DNA of 34,480 bases. Origin: a virus. The notes beneath the pieces were generated by a model, which saw nothing but the letters and a program-made list of their open reading frames with translations, searched no databases and was not told the origin of the DNA. The DNA is taken from positions 1 to 34,480 of IMG/VR virus record IMGVR_UViG_3300028534_000010; one strand, given 5' to 3'. Every line of letters begins with the position of its first letter. Position 1 is the stretch's first letter. Shown here piece by piece: positions 32,826 to 34,480 of this stretch. Made by a program: the position numbers and the translations under genes.

Positions 32826-33109
32826 ATGGAATATGAAGAGTTTATACATTCAAAAATAGTAAAAGCGAAAGAGTCAGGGTTTGACGTTGACGAAACAATG
32901 CTAAATAAAAATTTATTTGATTATCAAAGAGAGATAGTAAAGAGGGCGATGTAGTAGCATCTTTCTTTGGAGGCATAGGGAGTGAGCCAGTAACTGCAAT
33001 AGAACTTAACAGAAAGGCGTATGCAGTAGAGTTAAAAAAGAGTTATTTTGATATAATGAAAAGTAATGTTTTGGACGCAATTAAAAGCAAAACGAATCTA
33101 TTTAATTAA
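32826..33109 (+). pseudogene. Remnant of a DNA methyltransferase gene with a large internal deletion
   Basis: A 42-aa N-terminal fragment (MEYEEFIHSK...LFDYQREIVKRAM) ends in TAG TAG at 32952. A different frame then encodes only the C-terminal SAM-binding end GDVVASFFGGIGSEPVTAIELNRKAYAVELKKSYFDIM..., which has no start codon. Confidence 0.6.
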
Positions 33110-33118
33110 GGAAACAGC

Positions 33119-33481
33119 ATGATAAAGCCAAGCGAAGCTTCAAGGATATTAGGCGTATCTGTAGTAACGCTGTCTCAATCTAAAAAGTATGCGAGATTCT
33201 ACAAGAGAGCTTCTGATGGGAAAAACAATGCATGGTTTGATATAGAAAAGTACAATGAGTATATAGCAACAGATAATAATATTAAATCACAAACAGGAAT
33301 GCTAATTGAGTTCATGCTCCACGAGATAGGCATGACAATAGATCAAATAGCAAGCTTTGGGATTTCAAGAACTGGAATAGCGACACACACATTCAGCCCA
33401 GAGTCGTGTAAGCAGTTTATTTCTACTGTTTTTGTAAATAGACCAGATGTAATGAGGAGGTATTGTGAATATTATAGGTAA
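33119..33481 (+). CDS. Hypothetical protein with an N-terminal HTH (MerR/excisionase-like)
   Basis: 120 aa with PSEASRILGVSVVTLSQ. Confidence 0.5.
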   Translation: MIKPSEASRILGVSVVTLSQSKKYARFYKRASDGKNNAWFDIEKYNEYIATDNNIKSQTGMLIEFMLHEIGMTIDQIASFGISRTGIATHTFSPESCKQFISTVFVNRPDVMRRYCEYYR

Positions 33482-33791
33482 ATGCAAAATGTGCGGTATA
33501 GAGATGCAAAAAACAAACAACTCTCAAAAATACTGTAAGAGTTGTGCTGTAATTGCTAGAAAAGACAGAATAAAAGAGTATAAAAAGAGAGAGCGAGAGA
33601 GAAACAAATCAAATTGTGCAGTTTGTGGGAAAGTTATATACAAATCACGTAAAAACCAAACCATGTGCCGACCGTGTGCACTGAAAAGCAGGCACGCGAA
33701 AAAAGAAAAAACAGTAGTTGTAGATGAGGTTGCAAGAGAGCTACTAAAAAAAATAGGAAAACCGCGGTCTGCGATAGAGAGGTGCTACTAA
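33465..33791 (+). CDS. Zinc-ribbon protein
   Basis: 108 aa with a duplicated CxxCG...(Y/M)CxxCA motif. Confidence 0.55.
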   Translation: MNIIGKCKMCGIEMQKTNNSQKYCKSCAVIARKDRIKEYKKRERERNKSNCAVCGKVIYKSRKNQTMCRPCALKSRHAKKEKTVVVDEVARELLKKIGKPRSAIERCY

Positions 33792-34123
33792 TGAAAATAG
33801 CAATAGACTATGATGATACAATAACTAAATCAGAGTCAATGTGGGCAGTTATCATATCAATAATTGCAAAAGAAGGTCATGAGGTTGTCATCGCAACAGC
33901 AAGAGAATATGAGGGAAGCGACATAGCATCTTTTAGAAAAAAGGTATACTCACTGATAGCATACGATATTCCAGTAATATTGACGAGACATTTCCCAAAA
34001 ATGGATATACTACAAGATGTAGATATATGGATAGATGATTTTCCACTTGGGATAACGCACGGGATAGTTGGGTGCATGTACGAGCCATGCGATTCTGTTA
34101 AAAAGGATATAAGTAATGTATAG
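33791..34123 (+). CDS. Small HAD-superfamily-like protein
   Basis: Start set at the ATG at 33791 (TAATG overlap, GAGGTG SD). MKIAIDYDDTIT gives the DxDxT motif, with VVIATAR and IWIDDFP following. Confidence 0.45.
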   Translation: MKIAIDYDDTITKSESMWAVIISIIAKEGHEVVIATAREYEGSDIASFRKKVYSLIAYDIPVILTRHFPKMDILQDVDIWIDDFPLGITHGIVGCMYEPCDSVKKDISNV

Positions 34124-34433
34124 CAAATCACAACAAACAAAGAAAAACAAAAGACCAAATCCAAAGAAGATGCCAAAAATAGAGTATGAGCTATATGTAG
34201 ACTTCATCAATTCAAAGTCTGGAGGTCTTTGCCAGTGCGGGTGCGGCAGGAAAGCAGACGATATCCATCACTCTGTCTTCGGTGCAGGCGGCAGAGATGA
34301 TAGATATATAACTGCAATATCTAGGCATTGTCATACAATTATACACCACGGAACGGACACGGATGAAGCATCGCGGCTAAAGCTATTAATGAAGCAAAAA
34401 GGGAAAGAGAATTTTAAGGACTACATATTATGA
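34116..34433 (+). CDS. HNH-type nuclease motif protein
   Basis: 105 aa with CQCGCGRKADDIHHSVF...DDRYITAISRHCHTIIHHG. It precedes rusA across the circular junction. Confidence 0.5.
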   Translation: MYSKSQQTKKNKRPNPKKMPKIEYELYVDFINSKSGGLCQCGCGRKADDIHHSVFGAGGRDDRYITAISRHCHTIIHHGTDTDEASRLKLLMKQKGKENFKDYIL

Positions 34434-34449
34434 CAAACACTTTAAAACT

Positions 34450-34480
34450 AAGCATTCCAATGAAACCAAAGCCAGCACCA
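34450..34480. repeat. Right copy of the 31-bp terminal direct repeat
   Basis: Identical to bases 1-31. Confidence 0.95.

Overview
The window is a complete, circularly closed genome of a lambda-like siphovirus. Bases 1-31 are identical to 34450-34480, so the unique length is 34,449 bp. The host is probably AT-rich and diderm: the phage has a spanin pair and lipoprotein signals, and its codon usage is heavy in AGA/AGG and ATA.

There are four transcription blocks:
- 4992-24743 (+): the late block. It holds a gpZ-like gene, TerS, gpA-type TerL, gpW-like gene, portal, S49 protease with a nested scaffold, gpE-like capsid, tail tube, a G/GT chaperone pair with the lambda-identical GGGAAAG -1 slip site, a 1355-aa tape measure, distal tail genes, membrane and LRR genes, spanins and an amidase.
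- 24781-27625 (-): the early-left recombination block, with NinB-like, YqaJ exonuclease and ERF annealase genes and a tRNA with anticodon CAT.
- 27766-34433 (+), continuing across the junction to 574: the early-right block. It holds Cro-like and wHTH regulators, a replication initiator with internal iterons, a PcfJ-like repeat protein, SSB, a decayed methyltransferase, a HAD-like gene, an HNH-like gene and RusA.
- 555-4637 (-): a leftward island of about 4 kb with almost no recognisable genes.

No integrase, CI-type repressor or partition genes were seen.

The most interesting items are:
- a PcfJ-like gene carrying about 15 perfect 24-bp in-frame cassettes with combinatorial 3-codon variation;
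- a LapG/BTLCP-like cysteine-protease lipoprotein inside the orphan island;
- a roughly 95-nt RNA element with two mutually exclusive long helices upstream of the replication genes;
- a pseudoknot-type SD-sequestering leader in front of a methyltransferase remnant;
- a recurrent tandem-hairpin leader motif in the leftward island.

All family assignments come from motif recognition by eye, not from database searches.
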